Positions 30,712 to 41,609 of a DNA stretch of 64,000 nucleotides are shown here, piece after piece (within the stretch, counting starts at the first letter, position 1; the number at the start of each line of letters is the position of its first letter). The DNA comes from an uncultured Candidatus Rokubacteria bacterium. Its GTDB lineage: Bacteria > Methylomirabilota > Methylomirabilia > Rokubacteriales > CSP1-6. The DNA lies in assembly GCA_963754315.1 (NCBI GenBank), contig CAVWFS010000008.1, positions 128,001-192,000 on the forward strand, given 5' to 3'. The notes under the pieces are model-generated. The model was not told where the DNA came from and did not search any database. It was given only the letters and a program-made list of their open reading frames with translations. Position numbers and translations under genes: made by a program.

Positions 30712-31734
30712 ATGGACAGGGCCGATTGGCTCGCTCAGGTGAGGGAAGACGTCCTCGAACCTGAGCTGGCGATCTGCGACCCGCATCACCACCTCTGGGA
30801 CCATCCGGCGCGACGTTACCTTTTGGATGAGCTACTCGCGGATACCGGAAGTGGGCACAAGGTCGTGTCAACGGTGTTCGTGGAGTGTATGTCGATGTAT
30901 CGTGCCGACGGTCCGGAGCCGATTCGGCCGGTCGGCGAGACGGAATTCGTCAACGGGGTGGCCGCCATGAGCGCCAGTGGCGGCTACGGGCCGACACGCG
31001 TGGCGGCGGGGATCGTGAGCTTCGCCGATCTCACTCTGGGCGATCGAGTAGGCCACGTGCTCGATGCTCACGTGGCGGCGAGCCCACGCTTTCGCGGCAT
31101 CCGCCACGCTGCGGGTTGGGACTCAAGCGACCAGATACGGAACTCTCACACCCGTCCTCCGCCGGGACTTCTCGGTCAGCCGCGTTTCCGCCAGGGGTTC
31201 GCCGAGCTGGCCCGGCGTGGTCTCACCTTCGACGCCTGGTTGTATCACCCCCAGATTCCTGAGCTGACCAGCCTGGCCCGGGCGTTTCCCGCCACCACGA
31301 TCGTGCTCGATCACTTGGGCGGACCCCTCGGGATCGGCCCCTACGATGGCCGGCGGGCTGAGGTCTTCGTCGAGTGGCAGCGCGCCATCGAGGAGCTGGC
31401 GCGCTGCCCGAACGTGGTGGCCAAGCTTGGGGGCCTTGTCATGCCCATCAACGGCCTCGGGTTTCACCGCCGCCCACGCCCCGCCACCTCGACCGAGCTG
31501 GTCGATGCGACGCGGGACTGGTACCTGCATGCCATCGACTGCTTCGGCCCGGAGCGCTCGATGTTCGAGAGCAACTTTCCCGTCGACAAGGCAAGCTGCT
31601 CGTACCACGTCCTCTGGAATGCCTTCAAGCGCGTCACCGCCAAGTTCGGGGCCGCCGACAAGGCGGCTTTGTTCCACGACACGGCCGCGCGCGTATATCG
31701 CCTGCACCCGCCCGGTAGGGACGCGCGCGCGTGA
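30712..31734 (+). CDS. Amidohydrolase family protein
   Basis: DPHHHLW, LDHLGGP and FESNFPVDK motifs. Confidence 0.9.
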   Translation: MDRADWLAQVREDVLEPELAICDPHHHLWDHPARRYLLDELLADTGSGHKVVSTVFVECMSMYRADGPEPIRPVGETEFVNGVAAMSASGGYGPTRVAAGIVSFADLTLGDRVGHVLDAHVAASPRFRGIRHAAGWDSSDQIRNSHTRPPPGLLGQPRFRQGFAELARRGLTFDAWLYHPQIPELTSLARAFPATTIVLDHLGGPLGIGPYDGRRAEVFVEWQRAIEELARCPNVVAKLGGLVMPINGLGFHRRPRPATSTELVDATRDWYLHAIDCFGPERSMFESNFPVDKASCSYHVLWNAFKRVTAKFGAADKAALFHDTAARVYRLHPPGRDARA

Positions 31735-32164
31735 CGTCCGGCGTGTACGTTCCTCCCATCGATCCGACGAAGATCGCGGCGCCGAGCCGTGAGATTTACC
31801 GGCTCATGGGTGAGGACAACATCGTTCGGATGGTGGAGGACCTCTATCGCGAGCTCGAGCAGTCTCCGCTACGCCCCATGTTTCCCGCCGACATGGTGGC
31901 GGCGTCCCGCAAATCGGCGGCCTTTTTCGTGGGTCTGCTCGGCGGGCCACCGCTTTACCATCAGCGCTACGGCAACCCCATGATGCGTGCCCGACATCTC
32001 CGCTTCGCCGTTACCCCCCGAGCTCGTGCGCAGTGGCTGGCCTGCTTCGAGCGCGTCCTCGTGCACGCACCCGAGCGCTATGGATTTCCGGCCGAGCACT
32101 TGCCCGGCTTCCGGGCTTTCCTGGAAGACTTCTCGCAGTGGATGACAAATACCGATGCCGAGTG

Positions 32165-32171
<7 letters not shown>
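31731..32171 (+). CDS. Group II truncated haemoglobin
   Basis: LGGPPLYHQRYGNPMMRARH...W..CF pattern. Confidence 0.87.
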
Positions 32172-33126
<955 letters not shown>

Positions 33127-33127
<1 letters not shown>

Positions 33128-34131
33128 CACGCAGCTGTATGAAGCCAGCAGCGTGTGCGGTGGCCCTCGCCGACCGTGGTCTCGGGGGGCGCCTCCGCGC
33201 GGCACTGAGCCATCGCGTGTGAACACCGGGGCGCAAAGGCGCAGCCCACCGGCAGGTTGGCGAGGTCAGGCGGTTGGCCCTCGATGACGGTGAGACGGCC
33301 GGCGCGGGTGCCAAGGCGCGGGACGGACTCGAGCAGCGCCCGCGTGTAGGGATGGGCCGGCGCTCTGAAGATTCGTGCCACGGGTCCGAGCTCTACGATG
33401 CGCCCCGCGTACATCACGGCAACGGTCTCGCACATGCGGGCCACAATGCCAAGGTTGTGGGTGACGAAGATCATGGCCAGGTGATGGCGCTCCTGCAGCT
33501 CCTTCAACAAATTCAGGTACTGGGCCTGGATGGTGAGGTCGAGGCTCGTGGTGGGCTCGTCGGCGATGAGCAGGCGCGGCGGTCCTGCGATGGCCATGGC
33601 TCCCACCACGCGCTGACGCATGCCTCCCGAAAGCTGATGAGGAAACGCGCGCAGGCGTTCGGCCGGCGACGGGATGCGCACGGATGCCAGCAGCGCCGCC
33701 GCGCGCTCCGTCAGCGCGCGCCCACGCAGCCCGTGGTAGGAGGCCACCGGCTCACGCATCTGCATGCCAATGGAGAACACAGGATTGAGGGAGCTCATGG
33801 GGTCCTGCAGGATCATGGCGACTTGACGACCCCGGATGTGCTGCATCTCCCGCTCGCGCTTGGCCAGGAGATCCTGGCCGTCGAGGAGTACCTGCCCATG
33901 CACGATGCGCGCGGCCGGTCGCGGCACCAGCCGCACGATACTGAGGCAGGTCATGCTCTTGCCGGAACCGGATTCGCCAACGAGGCCGAGGGTCTCTCCC
34001 TCGCCCACGGCAAAGGACACGCCGTCGACGGCCTTCACCGTGCCCCAGCGGGTGACGATGTGCGTGCGAAGGTCACGGATGTCCAGCACCGTCCGCCGCC
34101 CGTCACCTTCTGGACGCGACGCTTCTGTCAC
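33127..34131 (-). CDS. Oligopeptide/dipeptide ABC transporter ATPase (OppD-like)
   Basis: GESGSGKS and LSGGMRQR motifs. Confidence 0.93.
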
Positions 34132-34137
34132 TCGATC

Positions 34138-35034
34138 TCAGAGCTGGCGGAGCCTGGGGTCCAGGGTGTCGCGCAACCAGTCCCCGATCAGGTTGAAGGC
34201 CAGGACGACCAGGAGGATGGCCAGTCCTGGAAAGAGGGACACCCACCAGGCGCTGGTGACGACGTCCCGGCCCTCGGCGATCATCGAGCCCCAGGCCGGT
34301 GTCGGCGGCGGAATCCCGGCGCCCAGAAAGGACAGAGAGGCTTCCACGATGATCACATAGCCGATCTGGAGGGTGACCAGCACCACCAGGGTGTTGAGCG
34401 TATTCGGTACCAGGTGCCGTGTGATGATGCGCCAGCCACCAGCCCCCGCCAAACGGGCCTGCGCGATGAAGTCGAGTTCCATGAGCGTCAGCACTTGACC
34501 GCGAATGACGCGCGCGTAGCGTGCCCACAGGATCACGGCAATGGCGATGACGACGTTCAGGAAGCTCGGACCAACGGTCACCGCCAGGATGAGGGCCAGC
34601 AAGATCACGGGGAACGACAGAGTGGCGTCGGTGACCCGCATGAGCGCGGCGTCGACCCGGCTGCCGTAATAGCCGGCCACCAGCCCCACCACCGCCCCGA
34701 AGGCGCTGGCCAGCAGCACCGTGACCACGCCGGCTGCCAAGGAGACGCGTGAACCCCAGATGATGCGAGCGAGCATGTCTCGTCCGAGGCGGTCGGTACC
34801 GAGCGGATTCACCCAGGAGCCGCCGTCTTGCCATACGGGTGGGCGGAAGCGTGCGCGCAGGGATTGCGCGTACGGGTCGGCGGTGCCGAGCAGGGGGGCG
34901 AGCAGCGCGACGAGAACGAAGACGGTGATGATCGCGATGGAGATGACCGGCCAGCGGCGACCCTGAATCGGCGCCACCGGGTGGGCGGCCACCTCGGGCA
35001 GCGCGAGCGCGCCCCCCGCGGGTTCAGCGGCCAC
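34138..35034 (-). CDS. Peptide ABC transporter permease (OppC-like)
   Basis: LGTDRLGRD, EASLSFLG and WGSMI motifs. Confidence 0.93.
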   Translation of the reverse strand: MAAEPAGGALALPEVAAHPVAPIQGRRWPVISIAIITVFVLVALLAPLLGTADPYAQSLRARFRPPVWQDGGSWVNPLGTDRLGRDMLARIIWGSRVSLAAGVVTVLLASAFGAVVGLVAGYYGSRVDAALMRVTDATLSFPVILLALILAVTVGPSFLNVVIAIAVILWARYARVIRGQVLTLMELDFIAQARLAGAGGWRIITRHLVPNTLNTLVVLVTLQIGYVIIVEASLSFLGAGIPPPTPAWGSMIAEGRDVVTSAWWVSLFPGLAILLVVLAFNLIGDWLRDTLDPRLRQL

Positions 35035-35061
35035 GATGCTCGGTCCGTAAACGGGTGGCGC

Positions 35062-35991
35062 TCACCGCGCATACCGGATGCGCGGATCGATCACCGCGTA
35101 AAGACAGTCCACGCTCAGGTTCACGGCGGCCACGATGGCGGCCGTGGTGAGCACCACCGCCTGGATCACAGGGAAATCGCGCGACGTGATGCCCTCGTAG
35201 GCCAGTCGGCCGAGCCCCGGCCAGGCGAACACCGTCTCCACGACGATGGCCGTGGTCACCAGGATCGCAAAGTAAATCCCCGCGAAGGTCACCACGGGAA
35301 TGAGCGCGTTCTTCAGAGCATGCACCCACACCACCCGGTGCTCCACGACGCCTTTGACGCGGGCAAGCTTCACATACTCGGAGTCGAGCACCTCGAGCAT
35401 GCCGGAGCGGAGTAGTCGCATCATGCCCGCCACCACGAACCACCCGAGGGTGAACCCGGGCAGAATGTAGCTCGAGAAGCCGCCCATGCCTGCCGCCGGG
35501 AGCCACTGCAGGCGGCCGGCCACGAACTCGACGAGCACGATGGCGACCCAGAAGGTTGGCAGGGACTGGCCCAGCACGGCGACCACCTGGGCGAGCCGGT
35601 CCACCCCGCTACCTTTCTTGACGGCGGCCAGGACGCCGAGCGGGAAGGCCATGGCCAACGATACCGTCATGGCAAAGACGGCGAGCCGCAGCGAGTTCGG
35701 TAGGCGCTCCCGGATCAGCTCGCTCACCGGCCGCCGGGCGCGGATCGAGGTGCCGAAGTCTCCGATAACGGCGCGGCCAACGAAGGTGAAGTACTGCTCG
35801 ATGTAGGGACGGTCGAGGCCGAGGTAGGCCCGGGCGTTGGCATAGTCCTCCTCGGTGGCGGACATGGGCAGGATCATGTGGAGCGGGTCGCCGGTGGCCC
35901 GGGCCAACACGAAGACCACAACTGAGAGGATGGCCAGCGCCACCAACGACTGGAGCAGTCGCACACCGACGAATCGGAATATCATCATCAT
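35062..35991 (-). CDS. Peptide ABC transporter permease (OppB-like)
   Basis: GDFGTS, HALKNA and ETVFAWPGLG motifs. Start is one of the tandem ATGs at 35991, 35988 or 35985. Confidence 0.92.
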   Translation of the reverse strand: MMMIFRFVGVRLLQSLVALAILSVVVFVLARATGDPLHMILPMSATEEDYANARAYLGLDRPYIEQYFTFVGRAVIGDFGTSIRARRPVSELIRERLPNSLRLAVFAMTVSLAMAFPLGVLAAVKKGSGVDRLAQVVAVLGQSLPTFWVAIVLVEFVAGRLQWLPAAGMGGFSSYILPGFTLGWFVVAGMMRLLRSGMLEVLDSEYVKLARVKGVVEHRVVWVHALKNALIPVVTFAGIYFAILVTTAIVVETVFAWPGLGRLAYEGITSRDFPVIQAVVLTTAAIVAAVNLSVDCLYAVIDPRIRYAR

Positions 35992-35992
35992 A

Positions 35993-36081
35993 GTCGGGGG
36001 GAGCGAGCGCCGGCTCCCCCCGACACCCCCCACCGCGATTTGCCCGGGGTATTGTGTGGATTGCGGCGGCAAAGCCGCCGC
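35993..36081. repeat. Two perfect GC-rich hairpins plus a G6 tract, REP-like (probable distant relative of the 85-87 nt element)
   Basis: GTCGGGGGGAGC-N8-GCTCCCCCCGAC (35993-36024), C6 at 36026-36031, and GCGGCGGC-AAA-GCCGCCGC (36063-36081). Confidence 0.6.
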
Positions 36082-36157
36082 TCGAGCAATTCCAGCTACT
36101 GCAGTTCTGGCCACACAATTCCGGCCGCTGCAGTTTCGGTCACTACAGTGGCAACCA

Positions 36158-37744
36158 CTACTTTCCGGACGCCAGCTCGTCGAGGAAGAGGTCGTACATC
36201 ACCGAGCCGGGGTTCCACTTGCCGAGGGTTTTCGACGTCGCATAGGGCGAGTGCAGGTACACGACGGGGACGCCGTAGTGCTCGTTGCGTAGCCGCGAAT
36301 AGACGTTGCGCATGAGCGTGTTGATCTTCTCGCGGTCAGTTTGCCGCATCACCTGCGCGATCATGCCGTCGATCTCGGGATCGTTGGCGGTGTCGTTCGG
36401 CTTCGAGGGTGAGTAGGCCATCTTCTCCAGCAGCGCGTAGGTGCCGATCCAGTTCCGGTTGGCGATGTTGTAGTAGCCCACCGCTGTCGGGACCTTGCGG
36501 TCCACCCACAGCTTGCGAAAGGCCGGGTAGTCCACTGGAATGAGCTTCGGCTTGATCCCGATTTTCTCCCAGTAACCGGCCACGGCCTCCGCGAAGGCTT
36601 TGCCCTCAGGCAGACCGGGGAGCTGATAGGCGTAGATGTCGAGCGGGAAACCATTCGGATGCCCGGCGTCGGCCAGGAGCTTCTTGGCACGCGCGGGATC
36701 GTAGGGATATGCCATCTCCGGCGTGACCTTGAAACCAATGTCGCGAAACGACCACGACAACCCCATGGGAATCGCCGCCGGCTCGGCGCGACCAGCGAAG
36801 ATCCCCTGGGCTACTTCAGCGCGATCGATGGCGAGATTCATGGCCTCCCGCACCCGCTTGTCCTTCACCGGAGGCGGCCAGCCGTCCGGCGCGAGCACCC
36901 ACCACATCGACAGGATCGCCTCCTCACGGCGGAAGTGGATGGGGAAGGCTTCCTGCTCCAGCTCCTTGACCCGCTCGCGACTCACGTCAGACACATCGGC
37001 CTCGCCGCGTCGCAGCAGGGCGATACGAGTGGTCTCCTCGGGCACGAGCTTGAACGTCATCAGCTTGTACTTCGGGGTGCCGATGCGCCAGTGATTGTCC
37101 ACGGCGGCGAGCTTGATGTGCGAGCCGGTCACCTGCTCCACGAACCGGTACGGCCCACTCCCCACGGGCTTGCGGGCGAACGCGTCGTCGCCGTTGGCTT
37201 CGATGTACTTCTTGGGCAGGACCATCCCTTCCGTGGAGAGCGCGCGCGACAGATAGGTGGGGATGATGAGGGTCGGCTCCTTGGTGACGATCACCACCCG
37301 GTCGGGAGCCGGCGTCTCGATGTCCTGGATCAGCGTGCGCAGCGGCCCCGCGTAGCCGGTGGTGGAGCGCTTGCCGGTCGCGCGCTGCAGACTGAACTTC
37401 ACGTCCTCCGAGGTCACGTCGTCACCGTTATGAAACTTGACACCCTTGCGGAGGTGGAACGTCCAGCGCTTGTAGTCGGGGGAGTTCTCCCAGCGCACGG
37501 CGAGTCCGCCGGCCGGCGACGGCTGGCCGTCGGGTGTAGTACCCACGAGGTAGTCGAAGATCAGCGACAGGTAGTACTTGACGATATGGCCGCCTAAGGC
37601 GGGGTCCAGCGTCTCGGTGGAGAAGCTCGATAGAGCCACCGTCAGCTCCGGCTTCGCCTGGGCCCAGCCCGAGCCGGCTGGCAGCAACACGGCCACGGCC
37701 AGCATCAGCGTAGTCACGGCAACGATCGGGAACGCTCTTCTCAT
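36158..37744 (-). CDS. Peptide ABC transporter substrate-binding protein (family 5)
   Basis: Signal peptide; LRKGVKFHNG and GSGPYRF motifs. Confidence 0.93.
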   Translation of the reverse strand: MRRAFPIVAVTTLMLAVAVLLPAGSGWAQAKPELTVALSSFSTETLDPALGGHIVKYYLSLIFDYLVGTTPDGQPSPAGGLAVRWENSPDYKRWTFHLRKGVKFHNGDDVTSEDVKFSLQRATGKRSTTGYAGPLRTLIQDIETPAPDRVVIVTKEPTLIIPTYLSRALSTEGMVLPKKYIEANGDDAFARKPVGSGPYRFVEQVTGSHIKLAAVDNHWRIGTPKYKLMTFKLVPEETTRIALLRRGEADVSDVSRERVKELEQEAFPIHFRREEAILSMWWVLAPDGWPPPVKDKRVREAMNLAIDRAEVAQGIFAGRAEPAAIPMGLSWSFRDIGFKVTPEMAYPYDPARAKKLLADAGHPNGFPLDIYAYQLPGLPEGKAFAEAVAGYWEKIGIKPKLIPVDYPAFRKLWVDRKVPTAVGYYNIANRNWIGTYALLEKMAYSPSKPNDTANDPEIDGMIAQVMRQTDREKINTLMRNVYSRLRNEHYGVPVVYLHSPYATSKTLGKWNPGSVMYDLFLDELASGK

Positions 37745-38010
37745 GATCGACTCCTCCGCCTCGAGGCGTGGAAATAGGAGGGACCGCCGGCTGTCAGGCG
37801 CTCCCCGTGGCCAGACGGTAACGCGAAACGTCGCCGCCGGGCAAGCGACCCCGCCCGGCCCGACCTAGGGTGCGATCAGGACTCGCTGTTGACGAGGGGC
37901 GGAGGCTCCAGATCGAGGCCCTGGAGGTCCGCTCTTTTCATCGCGGCGGCGCCGGTATACGATCCGCCCAGAAGGGCAGGGAATGGCCTGAGGGCCGAGG
38001 GGGGACGACC

Positions 38011-38958
38011 ATGGCATTGATCAAGGTGAGAGACCTCGCCTATGGGCGGTTGCGGGCGCCAGACCTGGACGCAATGGAGGAGTTCCTCGTTCACTTCGGC
38101 ATGGTGAGGGCGGCGCGGACGCCCCGTGCCCTCTACATGCGGGGGACGGATCCGTTTCACCACATTCACGTGACCGAAAAGGGTGATCCCGGCTTCGTGG
38201 GGTTCGCCTACCGCGCGGCCAGCGAGGACGATCTGAAGCGAGTGGCCACCGCCCCGGGGGCGTCGGCCGTGGAGGAGATCGACGAGCCGGGGGGTGGTCG
38301 CCGCGTGCGTCTGAAGGAGCCGAACGGATACCAGATCGAGGTTGTGCATGGGATCGAGGCGCTGCCGCTCATCTCGGTCGTACGTGACCCGATGAACACG
38401 GGCACCGAGCCACTCCGCCGAGCGGGGACGCTCATGCGCCTGGCCAAGGCCCCCGCGCCCATCAAGCGGATCGGGCACGGCGTGCTGGGGACACCGAAGG
38501 TCCAGGAGACGGTCCAGTGGTTCCGCGATACGCTGGGATTCATCTGCTCCGACGACGTGTACGTGGGAGACCGGCAGAATATCATCGGCTCGTTCAACCG
38601 CTGCGACTGCGGCGACGAGTACGTCGACCACCACACCCTCTTCTGCGTCATGAACGAACGAGCGGGTCTCAACCACATGTCATTCGAGGTGCCCGACGTC
38701 GACGCCGTCTTCATGGATCACGAGTATCTGACCCGACTCGGCAAGTACGAGCACATGTGGGGGATCGGCCGGCATCTGCTGGGCAGCCAGGTGTACGACT
38801 ACTGGTGCGATCCTTGGGGACGCGTCCATGAGCAGTGGGCGGACACCGACCGCCTGAACGCCAAGAGCGGCTCGAACCTGCTCTCCGCCGATGAGGCGCT
38901 CGTCAGCCAGTGGGGCGAAGGCCCCCCCGAGCGCTTCATCCGTCACGTCAGCCCGTAG
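38011..38958 (+). CDS. VOC-family extradiol-dioxygenase-like protein
   Basis: Two VOC domains; IGHGV, HH, LNHMSFE and WGIGRHLLGSQVYDYW motifs. Confidence 0.87.
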   Translation: MALIKVRDLAYGRLRAPDLDAMEEFLVHFGMVRAARTPRALYMRGTDPFHHIHVTEKGDPGFVGFAYRAASEDDLKRVATAPGASAVEEIDEPGGGRRVRLKEPNGYQIEVVHGIEALPLISVVRDPMNTGTEPLRRAGTLMRLAKAPAPIKRIGHGVLGTPKVQETVQWFRDTLGFICSDDVYVGDRQNIIGSFNRCDCGDEYVDHHTLFCVMNERAGLNHMSFEVPDVDAVFMDHEYLTRLGKYEHMWGIGRHLLGSQVYDYWCDPWGRVHEQWADTDRLNAKSGSNLLSADEALVSQWGEGPPERFIRHVSP

Positions 38959-38971
38959 CGACGAGGAGTGT

Positions 38972-38992
38972 GGGGGGCCGTCGAGGCCCCCC
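38972..38992. repeat. Solo G6CC-loop-GGC6 hairpin between convergent genes
   Basis: GGGGGGCC-GTCGA-GGCCCCCC, the same stem as the array terminal hairpin. Confidence 0.65.
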
Positions 38993-39001
38993 GCTGGCCA
39001 A

Positions 39002-39322
39002 CTACTGAATCACCGAGTGGGGGGTCGCTACCAGGCGGGTCACCTTGATCTGCTCGCGGTCGATCAGGGTGGGCACGCGCGGGGCGATCTCGTTCTTCCA
39101 GTAGTCGCTCTGATACACAAGGTCGTACAGCCGCTTGCGCTCCGGCTCACTCTCGAAGCGGCGGATCCACACGTAGGTGCTGTCGTCCTCCTCGCCCACG
39201 AAGCTGCCGAGGATCACCATCCCCATCTTGACCTGGAAGGGAATGATTTCCTCCTCCATACACTTGACCCAGTTGTCGCGCTGCCCGGGGCGGATGTGGT
39301 ACTGACGCAGCTCGAAGAACAT
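39002..39322 (-). CDS. NIPSNAP family protein
   Basis: MFFELRQYHIRPG...YVWIRRFES; GGAGG upstream. Confidence 0.88.
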   Translation of the reverse strand: MFFELRQYHIRPGQRDNWVKCMEEEIIPFQVKMGMVILGSFVGEEDDSTYVWIRRFESEPERKRLYDLVYQSDYWKNEIAPRVPTLIDREQIKVTRLVATPHSVIQ

Positions 39323-39401
39323 GGCTTCCTCCGTGGCGCGAGCGCCTGGCGAGCCGCTCGGCTCCGGTAGCATAGCGCATTCGGTCAGGGCAGAATGAGC
39401 C

Positions 39402-40832
39402 ATGACTGAAGAGCGCGAGCCACCCGAGTCCGAGGACTTTGCCGCCCTGTTTGCACACGAGCAAGCTCGACCCGCCCTGGAGCTCGGCCAGATCGTCAAG
39501 GGACGCGTGATCCACGTCGGAGCGGAGAGCGTCTTCGTCGACGTGGGGGGCAAGGGCGAGGCCTGGATCGACCCCGCCGAGCTGACCGACGACCAAGGCC
39601 GTCTGCGCGTGGGGGTGGGCGACGAGATCGAGGCGACGGTCGTCTCGACGGGGGACGAAGTACGCCTCTCCCACAAGCTCCGTCTCGGTGCACAGGCGCG
39701 TCAGGCACTGGCGGCCGCGGCCGAGACGGGCATCCCCGTCGAGGGCAAGGTGGCGGGGGTGATCAAGGGCGGCTACGAGGTGACGGTGGGCGGCCTCAGA
39801 GCGTTCTGTCCCTTCTCGCAGATGGACCTTCGTCGCACGGAGACCGGCGAAGAGTATGTCGGACGCGTCTTCGAGTTTCGCGTGACGGCGTATGGTGAGA
39901 AGGGGCGTAACATCGTCCTTTCCCGTCGCCAGATCCTCGAAGAGCAGGCGGCCAAATCGGCCGAGGAGACTCGCCGCAAGGTCGTCCCCGGAGCGATTCT
40001 CTCGGGCATCGTGGCTTCTCTCACGGACTTCGGCGCCTTCATCGATCTGGGCGGTCTGCAGGCTCTCGTTCCGATCTCGGAAGTCTCCCACTCCCGCGTG
40101 GGCCGTATCTCCGATCGACTCCGGGTGGGCGAGGCGGTGACCGTCCAGGTGTTGCGGGTCGACGAGCAGACTCGAAGGATCACGCTCAGCCTGAAGGCCC
40201 TCGCCGGGGATCCGTGGGCAGAGGTGCCCTCACGGCTGCGCGAACGCCAGGTCGTTCGCGGTCGCATCGCTCGCGCCACCGCGTTCGGAGTGTTCGTGGA
40301 ACTTTTGCCAGGCGTGGACGGGCTGCTGCACCAGAGCGAAATCCCTCGCCATCGCGGCGGTGCCCTGCGAGAGGGAGCGACGAGCGGCGGCGAGGTCAGC
40401 GTGCTGATCGTGAGCATCGACAGCGACAAGCGTCGCATCGCGCTGGCCCTGGCTCCGGAGGACGCCGCTCCGGGTCAGCAGGTAGAGTCCACCCTATCTG
40501 TCGGAGACGTGCTCTCGGGCCCCGTCGAGCGGGTCGAGGGCTTTGGGGTGTTTGTCCGATTGGGCCCCGGACAGACCGGGCTGATCCCGAACGCCGAGAT
40601 GGGCACCACCCCTGGCACCGATCATCGCCGGTCCTTTCCCGTGGGAAGCGAGGTGAAGGTGCTCGTGCTCGACATCGCCGAGGGCGGTCGCCGCATACGC
40701 CTCTCGCGCACGAAGGCTCTGGCTCAGGAGGAGCGGGCCGAGACCCACGCGTATCTCCAGGACGCTACCAAGAAGGGCCAGGGGTTCGGCCTCACGCTTG
40801 GCGAACGGCTCAAGCAAGCCCGAAAGAGCTGA
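39402..40832 (+). CDS. Ribosomal protein S1-like protein with five S1 domains
   Basis: Repeated S1 motifs (VKGRV..VFVD; RAFCPFSQMD; FGAFIDLGG; FGVFVELLPGVDGLLH; FGVFVRL). Confidence 0.88.
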   Translation: MTEEREPPESEDFAALFAHEQARPALELGQIVKGRVIHVGAESVFVDVGGKGEAWIDPAELTDDQGRLRVGVGDEIEATVVSTGDEVRLSHKLRLGAQARQALAAAAETGIPVEGKVAGVIKGGYEVTVGGLRAFCPFSQMDLRRTETGEEYVGRVFEFRVTAYGEKGRNIVLSRRQILEEQAAKSAEETRRKVVPGAILSGIVASLTDFGAFIDLGGLQALVPISEVSHSRVGRISDRLRVGEAVTVQVLRVDEQTRRITLSLKALAGDPWAEVPSRLRERQVVRGRIARATAFGVFVELLPGVDGLLHQSEIPRHRGGALREGATSGGEVSVLIVSIDSDKRRIALALAPEDAAPGQQVESTLSVGDVLSGPVERVEGFGVFVRLGPGQTGLIPNAEMGTTPGTDHRRSFPVGSEVKVLVLDIAEGGRRIRLSRTKALAQEERAETHAYLQDATKKGQGFGLTLGERLKQARKS

Positions 40833-40841
40833 GCCCACGAA

Positions 40842-41609
40842 TCATCCCCCGAGGTGCCGGTCACTCCGGAGCGCATGTGGTGCGCCCTCACGCTGGCCGC
40901 CCATGTCACCGAGATACGCGGTCTGCACCAGACTCGAGCGCAACACGTCCGCCGCGTTTCCGCTGGCGACCAGGCGACCGCGCTCGAGAACGTGCGCATC
41001 ATCGGCCACGGTCAGAGCCCGGGCCACGTTCTGCTCGATCAAGAGGACGGTGGTTCCTTCCTCCCGCACGCGGTGCACGATGGTGAAGACCTCATCGATC
41101 AGTCGAGGAGCCAATCCCAGTGAGGGCTCGTCGAGCGTGAGCAGGGAGGGCCGCCCGACGAGCGCTCGGGCGATGGCCGTCATCTGCTGCTCCCCGCCGC
41201 TCAAGGTGCGCGTGAGCTGATGACGTCGCTCGGCCAGCCTGGGAAAGAGGGCGAGTACCCGCTCAACGCGCCCGGCGCGCTCGCGTCGCGTGAGCAGCCA
41301 GCCGCCGAGCTGGAGGTTCTCTATCACGGTCATCTGCGGGAAGAGGTGGCGCCCCTCGGCGACCATGATCAGTCCGGCGCGGACGGCCTGCGCGGCGTCG
41401 CCCGGACGGAGCCGCTGGCCGTCGAGCGTGATCGTGCCTGCTCGCGGCAGCAAACCGGCCAGCGCCTTGAGCAAGGTACTCTTGCCGGCCCCGTTCGAGC
41501 CGACGATGGCCGTGATTCGGCCGGGCCGAAGATCGAGATCGAACTCCTCGAGAACCAGGAAGCCCCCGTAGCCGACCGCGAGATTTCGGATCATCAGGGC
41601 TCCGCTCAT
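40842..41609 (-). CDS. Branched-chain amino acid ABC ATPase (LivF-like)
   Basis: GSNGAGKS, LSGGEQQM and DEPSLGLAP motifs. Confidence 0.92.
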   Translation of the reverse strand: MSGALMIRNLAVGYGGFLVLEEFDLDLRPGRITAIVGSNGAGKSTLLKALAGLLPRAGTITLDGQRLRPGDAAQAVRAGLIMVAEGRHLFPQMTVIENLQLGGWLLTRRERAGRVERVLALFPRLAERRHQLTRTLSGGEQQMTAIARALVGRPSLLTLDEPSLGLAPRLIDEVFTIVHRVREEGTTVLLIEQNVARALTVADDAHVLERGRLVASGNAADVLRSSLVQTAYLGDMGGQREGAPHALRSDRHLGG

